Virus record (IMG/VR): IMGVR_UViG_3300039074_000056
Span: 1-64,000 of that record
Length of the DNA: 64,000 nucleotides
Source: a virus
Reading direction: 5' to 3' (one strand)
Shown here: positions 17,614-27,032 of the stretch, one piece after another
Layout: the number at the start of each line of letters is the position of its first letter
How positions within the stretch are numbered: the first letter of the stretch is position 1
Program-made: the position numbers and the translations under genes
The notes under the pieces: generated by a model
Seen by the model: the letters and a program-made list of their open reading frames with translations, nothing else
The model's database searches: none
What the model was told of the DNA's origin: nothing

Positions 17614-18174
17614 ATGAGTAATGATAAAATGGGTCGTAAGGGGCTGCTTACTCTTGCCATCAAAGCGGAAAATTTGGCAGGCATTAATGTTCAAGCCGAC
17701 AAGGTGTGGATTGAGGACGGTATTCTTTATGTCCAACACCACAACGCCTATGTCAACACTGGCCTGAATAACAGCCTTGACCGTGAGTTTGGTCTTGGTG
17801 GAACAGCGGTTGGGTTCATTGGCGTATCCAGCAATACGACAGCGGTTACAGCAACTACTGTCAACCTGAATGGTGCATCCGGTGGCACTGCTGCTAACAC
17901 CATCATCAAGGCAATCAGCCCAGCAGCAACGCGCACAGGCCAGACAGTTACGGGCGGAGCTACTTTCGTCAATGCTGACTTCACCTCCGGTGTGTTCATC
18001 TGGAATAAGATCGGCTTCTTGATTACCAGCACAGACGCAGGTACTGGCCTTGTCGATGTTATTGGCGGCACGGGTGGCACAGCTCCGTATAACAAGACTT
18101 TTGTTCTTGACTTGACAGGCGCTGGCGCATTTACTGTTACTGCTCAGATTGCGGTTACGGCTGTTGCTGTTTAA
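17614..18174 (+). CDS. putative virion structural protein
   Basis: 'HNAYVNTGLN' start and Gly/Thr/Ala-rich beta protein as in fibre N-terminal domains; SD AAGGAG. Confidence 0.55.
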   Translation: MSNDKMGRKGLLTLAIKAENLAGINVQADKVWIEDGILYVQHHNAYVNTGLNNSLDREFGLGGTAVGFIGVSSNTTAVTATTVNLNGASGGTAANTIIKAISPAATRTGQTVTGGATFVNADFTSGVFIWNKIGFLITSTDAGTGLVDVIGGTGGTAPYNKTFVLDLTGAGAFTVTAQIAVTAVAV

Positions 18175-18405
18175 GGACATTCTTAATGAGGGCTTATAAT
18201 TTTCAGTTGTGGTACGTGGAAGTGGCACAGTCGCGAAGAGTCTGGACACGGACACAGAACTATTGCTCACAAAGTGCTAAACAAAGTAGCTCCTATAAGC
18301 AACATTAAGTTAGCCCTATATTTCATTCTTTGTGTGATTATCCTTGCCATTCAGGTTGGTGAAAATTATGTCTGCCTGTCGATAGATGACTAATGTATCA
18401 AGAAC

Positions 18406-18873
18406 ATGGGAGAATATATGTATTTTGACGTAATCATCAAGAAACGCCTTCTCCCAATTCAAGATAGAAAAGTCTTCGGGTATGTCTACAGAATAAAAGA
18501 TTTGAAGTTAAATAAGAGTTATATAGGCATCCGCTACAAGGAAGGAATAAATATCCATCAGGATTTAGGGGTTGCCTATTTTACTTCAAGCAAGGGTGTA
18601 AAACGGCTCTTAGAGATAAATCAGAACAACAGGTCGCGCTTTGCATTTGAAATCAGGAAGATATATTATTATCCTGTAACAAATATGTTGCTTGCCTACC
18701 ATAAAGCTGATATAATATCAACGAGAAAAAGGCTTAAATTACAAATCTGTAATTATGAAAAATCCCTCCTTAAAAAGCTAAAAGCTGGCACTAATCCTCG
18801 CCTTATGAATCTTATTCATGGCCATAACGATTGGCAGCATTACAAAGCTTTCAACGCAACGAAGGGGCATTAA
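18406..18873 (+). CDS. GIY-YIG homing-endonuclease-like protein (Seg-like)
   Basis: 'FGYVYRIKD....KSYIG.R....Y.TSSK'; AT-rich relative to its flanks. Confidence 0.7.
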   Translation: MGEYMYFDVIIKKRLLPIQDRKVFGYVYRIKDLKLNKSYIGIRYKEGINIHQDLGVAYFTSSKGVKRLLEINQNNRSRFAFEIRKIYYYPVTNMLLAYHKADIISTRKRLKLQICNYEKSLLKKLKAGTNPRLMNLIHGHNDWQHYKAFNATKGH

Positions 18874-19629
18874 ATGTCTAAGAAATATGCTGCCACTTCC
18901 GCTATGGTTGAAAACCAAAGTAAAGGAAGGGCACTAAAGAAAAAGAAAACAGCTAGAAGCTATTCATCGCCATACGAAATGACGGCTAAGTCATTTAATG
19001 ATGAACTAACACTAGATGATATTAAAGCAACATATTCTTTTCTTGTAAAACAAAAAGAAAAAATCAATAAATATAATGTTGATACAGATGGTCAAGCCAC
19101 AGAAGCATATCTGGATTGGCTTGACGGCGGTGCAACAGCAGGTTTAGCTTTTACAACTATGATTCTGCAAGATGAAGGAATCTTGAAAAGCGTAACTAAA
19201 GAAGTTGATGAAGAAGAATTAGAAGCTGTTGAGAAAAGTAAGTGGACAAACCTAAGCGTCCAGAAAGCAGCAAACGAAGAACTTATGCAAGTGACCTTTG
19301 TTGCTATGGTTGAAGGCATTGATGCCCATGCTGACTTCGTTGATGAAAATGAAATCAGAAAAGCAAAAGAAAGTTTTAACAAGTCCTCGATGAAATGCAA
19401 GATGTTTCATTTGTGGGATACGAATGGGGCAGAAGTAATTGAGTCCTTCCAGTCACCAGTTGACTTCATTCTAAATGATCGTTTCATTTCTAAAGGTACA
19501 TGGCTAATGACCTTCCAGATTTATGACGAGACACTTTGGAAGTGGGTTAAAGATGGCACGATCAACGGAATTAGCATTGGCGCAATGGCGCAGTGCATTA
19601 AAATAGAGGATGACGATGAATCAGCCTAA
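18874..19629 (+). CDS. prohead protease (XkdF-like serine protease)
   Basis: 'DAHADFVDE.EI.KA..F', 'H', 'ESF..P', 'KGTWLM', 'W..VK.G.I.GISIG'. Confidence 0.85.
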   Translation: MSKKYAATSAMVENQSKGRALKKKKTARSYSSPYEMTAKSFNDELTLDDIKATYSFLVKQKEKINKYNVDTDGQATEAYLDWLDGGATAGLAFTTMILQDEGILKSVTKEVDEEELEAVEKSKWTNLSVQKAANEELMQVTFVAMVEGIDAHADFVDENEIRKAKESFNKSSMKCKMFHLWDTNGAEVIESFQSPVDFILNDRFISKGTWLMTFQIYDETLWKWVKDGTINGISIGAMAQCIKIEDDDESA

Positions 19630-20683
19630 GAAAGCAAAAAGAGTTTTGAAGAATATTGATTTTAGTGGGCAAGATGCACACATCAGTTTTGTTGGCCCTG
19701 ATGTTGGCGGCCCAGCAAATTTACAAGATTATGCTCTTGTGATGAAATCAACAGCACACTTCTCCGAAGAAATCATTGAGAAGGCACAGCGTATTTCTGT
19801 AGAAATGGAGCTTCCTGAGTTTCTTCGTACAGTGTTTGATATGTACTGGGAAGATAGTGAAGTTTTGGCTCGCTTGATGGGATATGTGCCAGAAGAAGAA
19901 AACGATGAAGCCGACTACATGTGTCGGGATTATATCGCAGAGCGTTTAGAGTCTTTTACTGTACTGAAAGCTCTGCACGAATCACAGAATTTGGTTGAAG
20001 AACTTAGTAAGCTAGATGGTAACACCTATCTTTCTATGTTGCAAGACCAAGAACGAGTTGAGAAAGCCTTGAAGAATAAAGCCTCTCTTGATTCGGAAGC
20101 AGTAGTTGAAAAAGCTACCGCAAAACAGCCTGTTGTGGCTGAACCAAAGAAACCAAAAGCTCGTATCGTTACAAAAGCTAAAGTTTCTGAACAAGGCCAC
20201 AAGGCCGAGCCTGTTGATAAAGCAGGTATTGACGCTAAGGCTGATAAAGCCGAACCAAAGAAAACAGAGGTATCAAAAATGACCGTGAAGACTGTCGAAG
20301 TCGAAAAGACCGAACAGATCGAGATGGTGGAAAAATCCCAGTACGAATCAATCGCCAAAGCTCTTGAAGAGCAGCGCGTTGAGTTGGAAAAGGCTTCTGC
20401 CCTAATCGCTCAGTTTCAAGAAGAAAAGAAAGTAGCTGTTGCCAAGGCTCGTAAGGCTGAGTTGGTTGCTGCTGTTTCGGAAGAAGATAAGGCTGAACAG
20501 CTTTTCAAAGCAGTTGGTGAGCTGGCTGATGAAGCCTTCCAAGCTGTTGTCGAAGTTGTTAAGGCTCTGTCTGCTAAGGCTGAAGCCGACCCAATGTTTG
20601 TCGAAAAGGGCGCTGCTAGTGAAGAAGCCGCCGTTGAAGAAGACGAACTTACCAAGCTGCTCAAAGCAAAACACCGCAAGTAA
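19610..20683 (+). CDS. scaffolding/head assembly protein
   Basis: between protease and capsid genes; N-terminal 'HISFVG...GPAN'; Ala/Glu/Lys coiled-coil C-terminus. Confidence 0.7.
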   Translation: MTMNQPKKAKRVLKNIDFSGQDAHISFVGPDVGGPANLQDYALVMKSTAHFSEEIIEKAQRISVEMELPEFLRTVFDMYWEDSEVLARLMGYVPEEENDEADYMCRDYIAERLESFTVLKALHESQNLVEELSKLDGNTYLSMLQDQERVEKALKNKASLDSEAVVEKATAKQPVVAEPKKPKARIVTKAKVSEQGHKAEPVDKAGIDAKADKAEPKKTEVSKMTVKTVEVEKTEQIEMVEKSQYESIAKALEEQRVELEKASALIAQFQEEKKVAVAKARKAELVAAVSEEDKAEQLFKAVGELADEAFQAVVEVVKALSAKAEADPMFVEKGAASEEAAVEEDELTKLLKAKHRK

Positions 20684-20709
20684 TTGCTCCCAATAAAGGA
20701 AAATAAGAT

Positions 20710-21114
20710 ATGACAACTATTGCAACTGAGAGCAAGCGCCTCTCAAATTGGTTGAAGTGGGAGTTGGCTGTTGAAGTAGCCTACTGCCGTAAAGAAGTAA
20801 TTGCTAACGAAGCTGGCGCTATCGCCTATGTTTCCGGTGATGTGCTTGGTAAAGTTACTGCCACTGGCAAGTACAAAATTTCCAAGGCCGATGCCGTAGA
20901 CGGCAGCGAAGTCCCCGCTGGTATCGTTATTTATGACACCGCCATTGCCGCTGCTACTGACAAGGGTGTTGCTATCCTTGCTAAAGGCCCAGCTATTGTA
21001 GGTAAGAAGGGTATTCGTCTGGATGCTACCTTTAACACCGCCCCAGAACTGGCTGCTGCTTATGCTGCTCTGGAAGCCCTCGGCATCAATGTTGTCGAAC
21101 AGATCGGCGTTTAA
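20710..21114 (+). CDS. head decoration protein (lambda gpD-like)
   Basis: 'G.VLGKVTATGKY......DGSEVP.GI' motif, immediately upstream of the MCP. Confidence 0.85.
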   Translation: MTTIATESKRLSNWLKWELAVEVAYCRKEVIANEAGAIAYVSGDVLGKVTATGKYKISKADAVDGSEVPAGIVIYDTAIAAATDKGVAILAKGPAIVGKKGIRLDATFNTAPELAAAYAALEALGINVVEQIGV

Positions 21115-21128
21115 GGAGATAGTATAAA

Positions 21129-22154
21129 ATGACAACCGCTCGTAGTTTTGAAAACAATGGTCAATTCACTCTGACCGACCTGACCCCACAGCTAAACCTC
21201 ATCACCCCACAGTGGTCGCTGGTTGGCGATATGGGTATTTACCGTGAATCTGGTATCACCCAAGACAACCTGACCGTTGAAGTTGTGAATGATACCATTC
21301 AACTCATCGGTGATGTTCGTCGTGGTGCTCGTCACACTGTTAACTCGGATGATACTCGTAAGCTCATTGCTCTGCAAGTCCCTCACTTTGTTCTTGATGA
21401 CGCAATCTTTGCTGCTGAACTGGCAGGTCGTCGCGCCTATGGTAGCGATGGTGCTTCCACTGAAGCTGAAGTAAAAATGCGTAAGATGGAAAGCATGATG
21501 AAGAAGTGGGATGCTACCCATGAAGCCGCTCGTGTTTGGACTATCACGCAGGGTGCTGCATACGCACCAAATGGCACTGTCGCCATTGACTTCTACGCTG
21601 AATTTGGCGTTATCCGCAAGTCGGTTGACTTCCTGCTTGGCACTGGCACTACTGACATTGTTGCTAAGAACGAAGAAGTTATTGCTCACATTCAGGACAA
21701 TGTTCTGTCTGCTGGCAGCGTAACCAACACGAAGGTTCTCGCCTCCCCAGAGTGGTTCTCCAAGTATGTTAACCAAGCTGGCGTTAAAGAAGCCTACAAG
21801 TTCTATTCCTCGACACAGGAACCACAGCGCAACCGTCTGGGTGGCAACGCAACTCGTTTCCGCACATTCGTTCACGCAGGTCTTGACATTGTTGAGTATC
21901 GTGGTTCGTTCAACGGTGTTCGCCTCGTTCCTGCTGGCAAGGCTTATGCTTTCCCAGAAGGTGTAGACGATATGTTTGAGTTCTATAGCGCACCTGCACA
22001 GACTTTTGACCTCGTTAACACGGTTGGTGAAAAGGCTTACATGTGGGAACAGCGTTCGCAGCGCAACGACCAGATCACCTTGGAGTCCGAATCGAACTTC
22101 TTGGCTCTGTGCCGCCGTCCACAGGCTATTGTTGAGCTGACCAGCTCCAACTAA
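21129..22154 (+). CDS. major capsid protein (lambda gpE-like, HK97 fold)
   Basis: 341 aa; 'PHF...D.I', 'T.E', 'DFY.EFG', 'AP......VNT.G', 'ESN.L..C.RP'. Confidence 0.9.
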   Translation: MTTARSFENNGQFTLTDLTPQLNLITPQWSLVGDMGIYRESGITQDNLTVEVVNDTIQLIGDVRRGARHTVNSDDTRKLIALQVPHFVLDDAIFAAELAGRRAYGSDGASTEAEVKMRKMESMMKKWDATHEAARVWTITQGAAYAPNGTVAIDFYAEFGVIRKSVDFLLGTGTTDIVAKNEEVIAHIQDNVLSAGSVTNTKVLASPEWFSKYVNQAGVKEAYKFYSSTQEPQRNRLGGNATRFRTFVHAGLDIVEYRGSFNGVRLVPAGKAYAFPEGVDDMFEFYSAPAQTFDLVNTVGEKAYMWEQRSQRNDQITLESESNFLALCRRPQAIVELTSSN

Positions 22155-22187
22155 TAGTTTGTAAATTATATCAATATTGATATAACA

Positions 22188-22222
22188 GAAGCCCTTGTTA
22201 ATTCAGGGGCTTCGATTATATT
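22188..22222 (+). terminator. stem-loop after the major capsid gene
   Basis: GAAGCCCTTG / CAGGGGCTTC. Confidence 0.6.
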
Positions 22223-22244
22223 TCTACAATAAGGGGAATAAGCA

Positions 22245-22715
22245 ATGGCACTAACCGATGTGCAGAAAGTAGAGTTAGAAATCGGGTTGTCGTCATTTGA
22301 ACCTCCTATTTTGACTCAAGAAGAGCTTGAATATTTTTTAGAGAAAAACAACGGTAGCATTCGTCGTGCAGCAGTTGATGCCGCAAAGACAGTATTGTTT
22401 ATTATTTCTCAATATGTAAAAGAAAAGACAGCTATTGAATTAGAGATTAGTGGTAATCAATGGTTCACTCAGTACATGCAAGTATTGAAGATGTATATCT
22501 CTGACCCAAACTACTCTATCGCTATTCAAGGAGCTACCCCATTTGCAGGTGGCATTAGTAAACAAGATGCCTATGACAACATCACTAATGTTGACAACAT
22601 TACTGTTAATGTAGATAAAGGTGTTCCGCAGGATTATGATGCCTCTGGGTACTATGGTGGTGAGTCAAACCCTTTTGACAGAGATGCTTACAGAACAAAT
22701 CCATTTGGTTTTTAA
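22245..22715 (+). CDS. head-tail adaptor
   Basis: position after the MCP; 'L..EE..YFL.KN', 'PFAGGISK' motif. Confidence 0.65.
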   Translation: MALTDVQKVELEIGLSSFEPPILTQEELEYFLEKNNGSIRRAAVDAAKTVLFIISQYVKEKTAIELEISGNQWFTQYMQVLKMYISDPNYSIAIQGATPFAGGISKQDAYDNITNVDNITVNVDKGVPQDYDASGYYGGESNPFDRDAYRTNPFGF

Positions 22716-22727
22716 CGGAGAATATCT

Positions 22728-23102
22728 ATGTCCGTTACAACACGATTTGGTAGTAGCGCCAAAAGAAACATTACAAGATTTGGCAAGCTAGTTAGCTACA
22801 AAAGAGTGGTAGAAGGCGTTTACGACCCAGACACTGGTGTGACAAACACAAGCACAACAACTTCTATCAAAGCATTCAAAACTCAAGTAAGTGCATCCGA
22901 TGCGAAGAGTCCAAACTTAGTTGGTAAAGAAGTTTCAGGCTTCTTGGTTAGTGGAGTAGATATTTCTTTTGTCCCATCCACAGGTGATGAAATCACATAT
23001 ACCAATAAAACAGAGACATTCACTCTTCGTGTAGTTAATGTAAAAGAATATTGGGCAGGGGATGAAGTGGCGATGTATCGTCTATTGTGCGCTGCTGTTT
23101 AA
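22728..23102 (+). CDS. head closure / head-tail joining protein
   Basis: 'FG..V...R...G.YDP.TG' motif; position. Confidence 0.65.
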   Translation: MSVTTRFGSSAKRNITRFGKLVSYKRVVEGVYDPDTGVTNTSTTTSIKAFKTQVSASDAKSPNLVGKEVSGFLVSGVDISFVPSTGDEITYTNKTETFTLRVVNVKEYWAGDEVAMYRLLCAAV

Positions 23103-23114
23103 CGGAGCAAAACA

Positions 23115-23624
23115 ATGGCTGAGTACAAAGGCTCGCAAGGTATTGCTGCATTAAAGAAAAAGCTAGAGCTGCAAGCCAACATGCTTGTTCAACTGGCAGC
23201 AACAAGCGTTGCTAGGCACATTGTTGACGAGAGTCCTGTAGGTATTGATATTTATCCATCTGCTGTCGGTGGTATTGAGAACGACCCCGGTGATTTCAAG
23301 AACTCTTGGAAAGTTGGTGTTGGAGCTATTGACTACGACATAAGAGAAGCTGATAAAAATGGCTTAGGTGCGTACTCAGAAGCTGAAACGGATGCCTCTC
23401 GTTTTGATCATAAACGACAAGATGAAATTTATATCACCAACTCAGTAGACCATGCAGGTCAAGTGGAGAATGGGTGGTATGCTTCTGACGACCCAGATCG
23501 AATTGCTCTTGGTTGGGAAGATAGAGATGGCTACCATGTCGTAGAAAATAATAAAGACAAGATGGTTGGTATTCTAAAAGATGTGGCTAATTTTATTGCC
23601 TCTGGTGGCACAACAGCTAGATAA
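23115..23624 (+). CDS. tail completion protein (HK97 gp10-like)
   Basis: 'SPV...G.FKNSW..G', 'IYITN.V.HA..VE.G'. Confidence 0.65.
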   Translation: MAEYKGSQGIAALKKKLELQANMLVQLAATSVARHIVDESPVGIDIYPSAVGGIENDPGDFKNSWKVGVGAIDYDIREADKNGLGAYSEAETDASRFDHKRQDEIYITNSVDHAGQVENGWYASDDPDRIALGWEDRDGYHVVENNKDKMVGILKDVANFIASGGTTAR

Positions 23625-23636
23625 GAGGATGATTAA

Positions 23637-24041
23637 ATGTCACAAGTAAATATTAGAAAAGCTTTTGAAAAGAAGTTAATTACTTTTACACCAGCTAACA
23701 CAATATCCTTTGAGAATGCAAGTTTTACACCAGTAGCTAATGTCCCCTACTATGTTTGTAGGCTTGCTCCACAAGATGTTCTTAACCCAACGCTTGGTGA
23801 CAACTACCACCGAGAAGTCGGTATATTTCAAGTGGTGCTTTGTTTTCCTGCCGGAAATGGTGGACAAGCTACCGCTGCTAAAGCAGAAGAGTTAAAGCAA
23901 TTCTTCAGACGATCAACCACTTTGGTTGAAGGCGATACCACAGTAATTGTAAATAAAACACCAAGTATTGGTAGTGCTTATACAGAAGGCAATCGTTATT
24001 GCGTACCTGTAAGAGTAAGTTATTTTACAAACGAATTTTGA
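23637..24041 (+). CDS. tail terminator protein
   Basis: 'I.FEN..FTP', 'G.FQV...FP.G.G', 'PV.V.Y'; precedes the tail tube gene. Confidence 0.7.
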   Translation: MSQVNIRKAFEKKLITFTPANTISFENASFTPVANVPYYVCRLAPQDVLNPTLGDNYHREVGIFQVVLCFPAGNGGQATAAKAEELKQFFRRSTTLVEGDTTVIVNKTPSIGSAYTEGNRYCVPVRVSYFTNEF

Positions 24042-24150
24042 GTAAAATCAAAAACATACTCATTCGTAAGAATGAAAGTTGAAGACACACAAGTGTCACC
24101 TATTATGGCGCATTTGCGTCTTTAACTAAATTATTCTATGGAGAATAAAT

Positions 24151-25365
24151 ATGTCGAACATTGCCGAAGGCATTCGCAAGAGTATCCGCTACAAGAAAGA
24201 AACAACTGCTGGCGTTCTCGCTGGCCCAACAGGAGCTAAGACTGTTCGCCGCGTAACTGGTGCGTTTAACTTAGCCAAAGAAGCCTACAACTCGGAAGAA
24301 GTGCGTGTTGACTACCAGATGGTAGACTTCCGTCACGGTGTCCGTTCTGTTGAAGGAAGCCTTAACGGTGAATTATCCCCCGGTACTTACTCTGACTTTT
24401 TGGCATCTGCTGTAGCTCGTGATTTCACTGCTATTACTACAACATCGCCCGGCAGCGTCACTGTTGCTGGTACAGGCCCAACTTATACGATCTCTCGTGC
24501 AACAGGTAGTTACATCACCGACGGTATTCGCCCCGGTATGGTTATTCGTTTCACTGGATTGACTGCTACTGCCGATAATAACAAAAATCTACTCGTCACT
24601 GCTGTTACTTCAGCAACAAGCATTACCGTTGTTGCTCTGCAATCAATGGGCGGTATGACTGCTGGCACTACAGCAACAGGCGCTGCATTCACAGTTCCCG
24701 GTAAGGTAACTTATGCCCCATCCACTGGTCACACAGATGACAGCTATACAATCGAAGAGTTCTACGAAGACATTGCTCAGTCAGAAGCTTTCGTAGGCTG
24801 CAAGGTTGGCAGTGCTAATATTCAGCTCCCAGCTACTGGCCTAGTGACCACTGACTTCTCCTTCATGGGTCTTGATCTAGGTCGTAGCGATACTACGCAG
24901 TATTTCACAAACGCAACTGCACAGGGTACTTCAGGCATCTTCGCTTCTGTCAACGGTGTTTTACTTGTTGATGGCTTACCAGTTGCTCTGGTTACTTCGC
25001 TGTCGATTTCGCTTGACCGTGGCCTTGCTTCTGAAGCCGTTGTTGGCAGCAATATTAAGCCTGAAATCTTTGAAGGTAAGATCATGGTGAGCGGTGAGTT
25101 TAGTACGCTGTTTTCTGACCGCGTAGTTTCCGATTACTTCGTGAATGAATCAGAAATCAGCTTAGTAGCTGCCCTGACTACATCGAATGCTAACAACTCT
25201 GACTTTATGACAATCACCTTACCTCGTATCAAAGTTAACTCCGATACCAAGGCTGACTCCACTGGTGCAATCGTTGCTTCTAACAGCTTCCAAGCCTTGA
25301 AGGGTACTGGCGCTGGCAACCAAGAAGTCACCACTATCCTGATTCACGACAGCCTAGCTGTCTAA
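24151..25365 (+). CDS. major tail tube protein
   Basis: 404 aa; 'Y.KETT.G', 'S.E.R.D', 'G...GEL', 'LPRIK'; precedes the chaperone and TMP. Confidence 0.8.
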   Translation: MSNIAEGIRKSIRYKKETTAGVLAGPTGAKTVRRVTGAFNLAKEAYNSEEVRVDYQMVDFRHGVRSVEGSLNGELSPGTYSDFLASAVARDFTAITTTSPGSVTVAGTGPTYTISRATGSYITDGIRPGMVIRFTGLTATADNNKNLLVTAVTSATSITVVALQSMGGMTAGTTATGAAFTVPGKVTYAPSTGHTDDSYTIEEFYEDIAQSEAFVGCKVGSANIQLPATGLVTTDFSFMGLDLGRSDTTQYFTNATAQGTSGIFASVNGVLLVDGLPVALVTSLSISLDRGLASEAVVGSNIKPEIFEGKIMVSGEFSTLFSDRVVSDYFVNESEISLVAALTTSNANNSDFMTITLPRIKVNSDTKADSTGAIVASNSFQALKGTGAGNQEVTTILIHDSLAV

Positions 25366-25398
25366 TTGTTTTAACAACGCTGTAACGCTGTAAAGAGT

Positions 25399-25430
25399 GG
25401 GGTGTCGTTTTGATGCCCCTTCTTATTTTA
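25399..25430 (+). terminator. intrinsic terminator-like hairpin
   Basis: GGGGTGTC/GATGCCCC followed by a T-rich tract. Confidence 0.6.
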
Positions 25431-25452
25431 TTTTAGTCCGAGGAAACATATC

Positions 25453-25866
25453 ATGGGTTTTGACCTAAGCAAAAACAACCTTTCTGAATTAGCAGAGGTT
25501 GGATACGAGTTTGAATTGAAAATGCCGGGTACTAACGAAGGTACTGGCGCTTTCATCACTGTGCGTGGAGCGCAGTCACCAAAAGTAAAGAACTTCGCAA
25601 AGAAGAAGTTCAACGAAATGCAGCTAAAAGAGACACAAGCCAAGCGTAAGGGTCGTGACACAGACCCAATGACCCTTGATGAAGCGGAAGAAATGGCTAT
25701 TGAGTCGGCAGCTATCCGCATTATTAAGTGGAAAGGTATTGAGGAAGGCGACAAAGCTGTTCCTTGTACAGAAGAGAATGTAAAGCGCGTCCTTAAAGAA
25801 CATGCGTGGATTCGCGAGCAAGTGCTTGAAGAAAGTGACCAGATTGTAAATTTTATCAAGAGCTAA
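25453..25866 (+). CDS. tail assembly chaperone (gpG-like)
   Basis: between tube and TMP; ends in slippery A-AAT-TTT. Confidence 0.8.
   Translation: MGFDLSKNNLSELAEVGYEFELKMPGTNEGTGAFITVRGAQSPKVKNFAKKKFNEMQLKETQAKRKGRDTDPMTLDEAEEMAIESAAIRIIKWKGIEEGDKAVPCTEENVKRVLKEHAWIREQVLEESDQIVNFIKS
25848..25854 (+). other. programmed -1 ribosomal frameshift site (A AAT TTT)
   Basis: XXXYYYZ heptamer in frame; the -1 frame is open (TAT CAA GAG...) and in phase with ORF 25905-26264. Confidence 0.75.
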
Positions 25867-26264
25867 TTACCGAGGCAACAGACTTCGCTAATTGGCAATT
25901 CAAAATGCAGGGCCGTCAAAAGGACGGTGCTTCATTGCAGCAACACATGGAGAAGGCACAGGCTAGTCCCTTTGCCGCTCCCGCTTTAATTCAAGCGATT
26001 GAAGATGAAGCTGAGACAGCCCCCATGCTTCCTGAAGCGGCTGCTTTTGTTTGGAGTTTCTTCTTGAAGCTTCATCAACAGCGTCCATCGGGAGGCATGG
26101 GGGTTTCTTGTTTGTCATTCACAGATATAGATAGTTTCTGTCGTTTGACAAAGATGGAATTAGAAAGTTTTGAGCTAGATTTGATTCTGGCATTCGATAG
26201 ATGTTTTTTGACAGTCTATTATGAACAACAAGAGAAAGAGCAAAAAGCTCAAAACAAGAAATAA
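25854..26264 (+). CDS. tail assembly chaperone frameshift extension (gpT-like)
   Basis: 'P.LPE....VW..FL.L...RPSG.G...LS..DI' pattern; reached by -1 frameshift. Confidence 0.75.
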   Translation, partial: YQELITEATDFANWQFKMQGRQKDGASLQQHMEKAQASPFAAPALIQAIEDEAETAPMLPEAAAFVWSFFLKLHQQRPSGGMGVSCLSFTDIDSFCRLTKMELESFELDLILAFDRCFLTVYYEQQEKEQKAQNKK

Positions 26265-26270
26265 TAAGAG

Positions 26271-27032
26271 GTGGGTATGGTCGACATTGTAACTATTGGT
26301 TATAGGATTCAAACAGAAGGTCTCGCTCAAGCCAATAAGGAAATTGACGGTCTACTTAAAAAGAGTGATAAGTTAAATAATACTAAGGTTTCCCCAAAGA
26401 CAGATTCCAAAGGTCTTGACGATGTTGCAAGAGCTTCTGCTAAGGCCACTAAAGAATTGTCTGTCCTGCAAAAACAGAAAGAGAACTTAGAGAAAGGCTT
26501 TAACAAGTCAACTAGCCTAGCTCTTGCCCGTATGCAAGTAGCTGGTGTTCCTCCTGCCACAATAGCAAGCTATGCTAATGCAAGAAAGCAAGTGGATGAA
26601 CTTTCAAACAGCATGTCGCGACTTAGAGTATCCACTCAAGGTGGTTTAAGTTTAATCTCTGGTCTTGGTATTGGTCTTGGTACGGCGGTCTTTGGACAAC
26701 TTGCCGTTGGTGTTGGTAAGTTAGCTGACAGCATGACGCTTCTTCAAGCCCGTATTAAGCTCGTCACACCAGTTACAGAAAACCTTAACGCTGTACAGCA
26801 AAGGTTGGTTGATACAGCCATTGCAACAAGAACAGACCTCACCTCAACAATTACATTGTATAATCGACTTCAGCCAGCATTGTCTCGCTACGGTAAGACA
26901 ACCTCGGAGGTACTGGATATTACAGAAGCATTTGGTAGAACACTTCTACTATCAGGTGCGAATACGCGAGAAGCAAGTGCTGCAATCCTACAGTTCTCTC
27001 AGGCTATGGGTAGCGGTAAACTTGCAGGTGAT
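26271..27032 (+). CDS. tape measure protein, exon 1
   Basis: tape-measure domain 'ADSMT.L.ARI', 'QFSQAMGSGKLAGD' ending at the 5' splice site. Confidence 0.9.

Noticed and set aside
18175-18405. Gap before the GIY-YIG gene as an intron or ncRNA
   Set aside because: No intron core motifs or convincing stems; it contains a start-less open frame with a hydrophobic stretch, at most a gene remnant.
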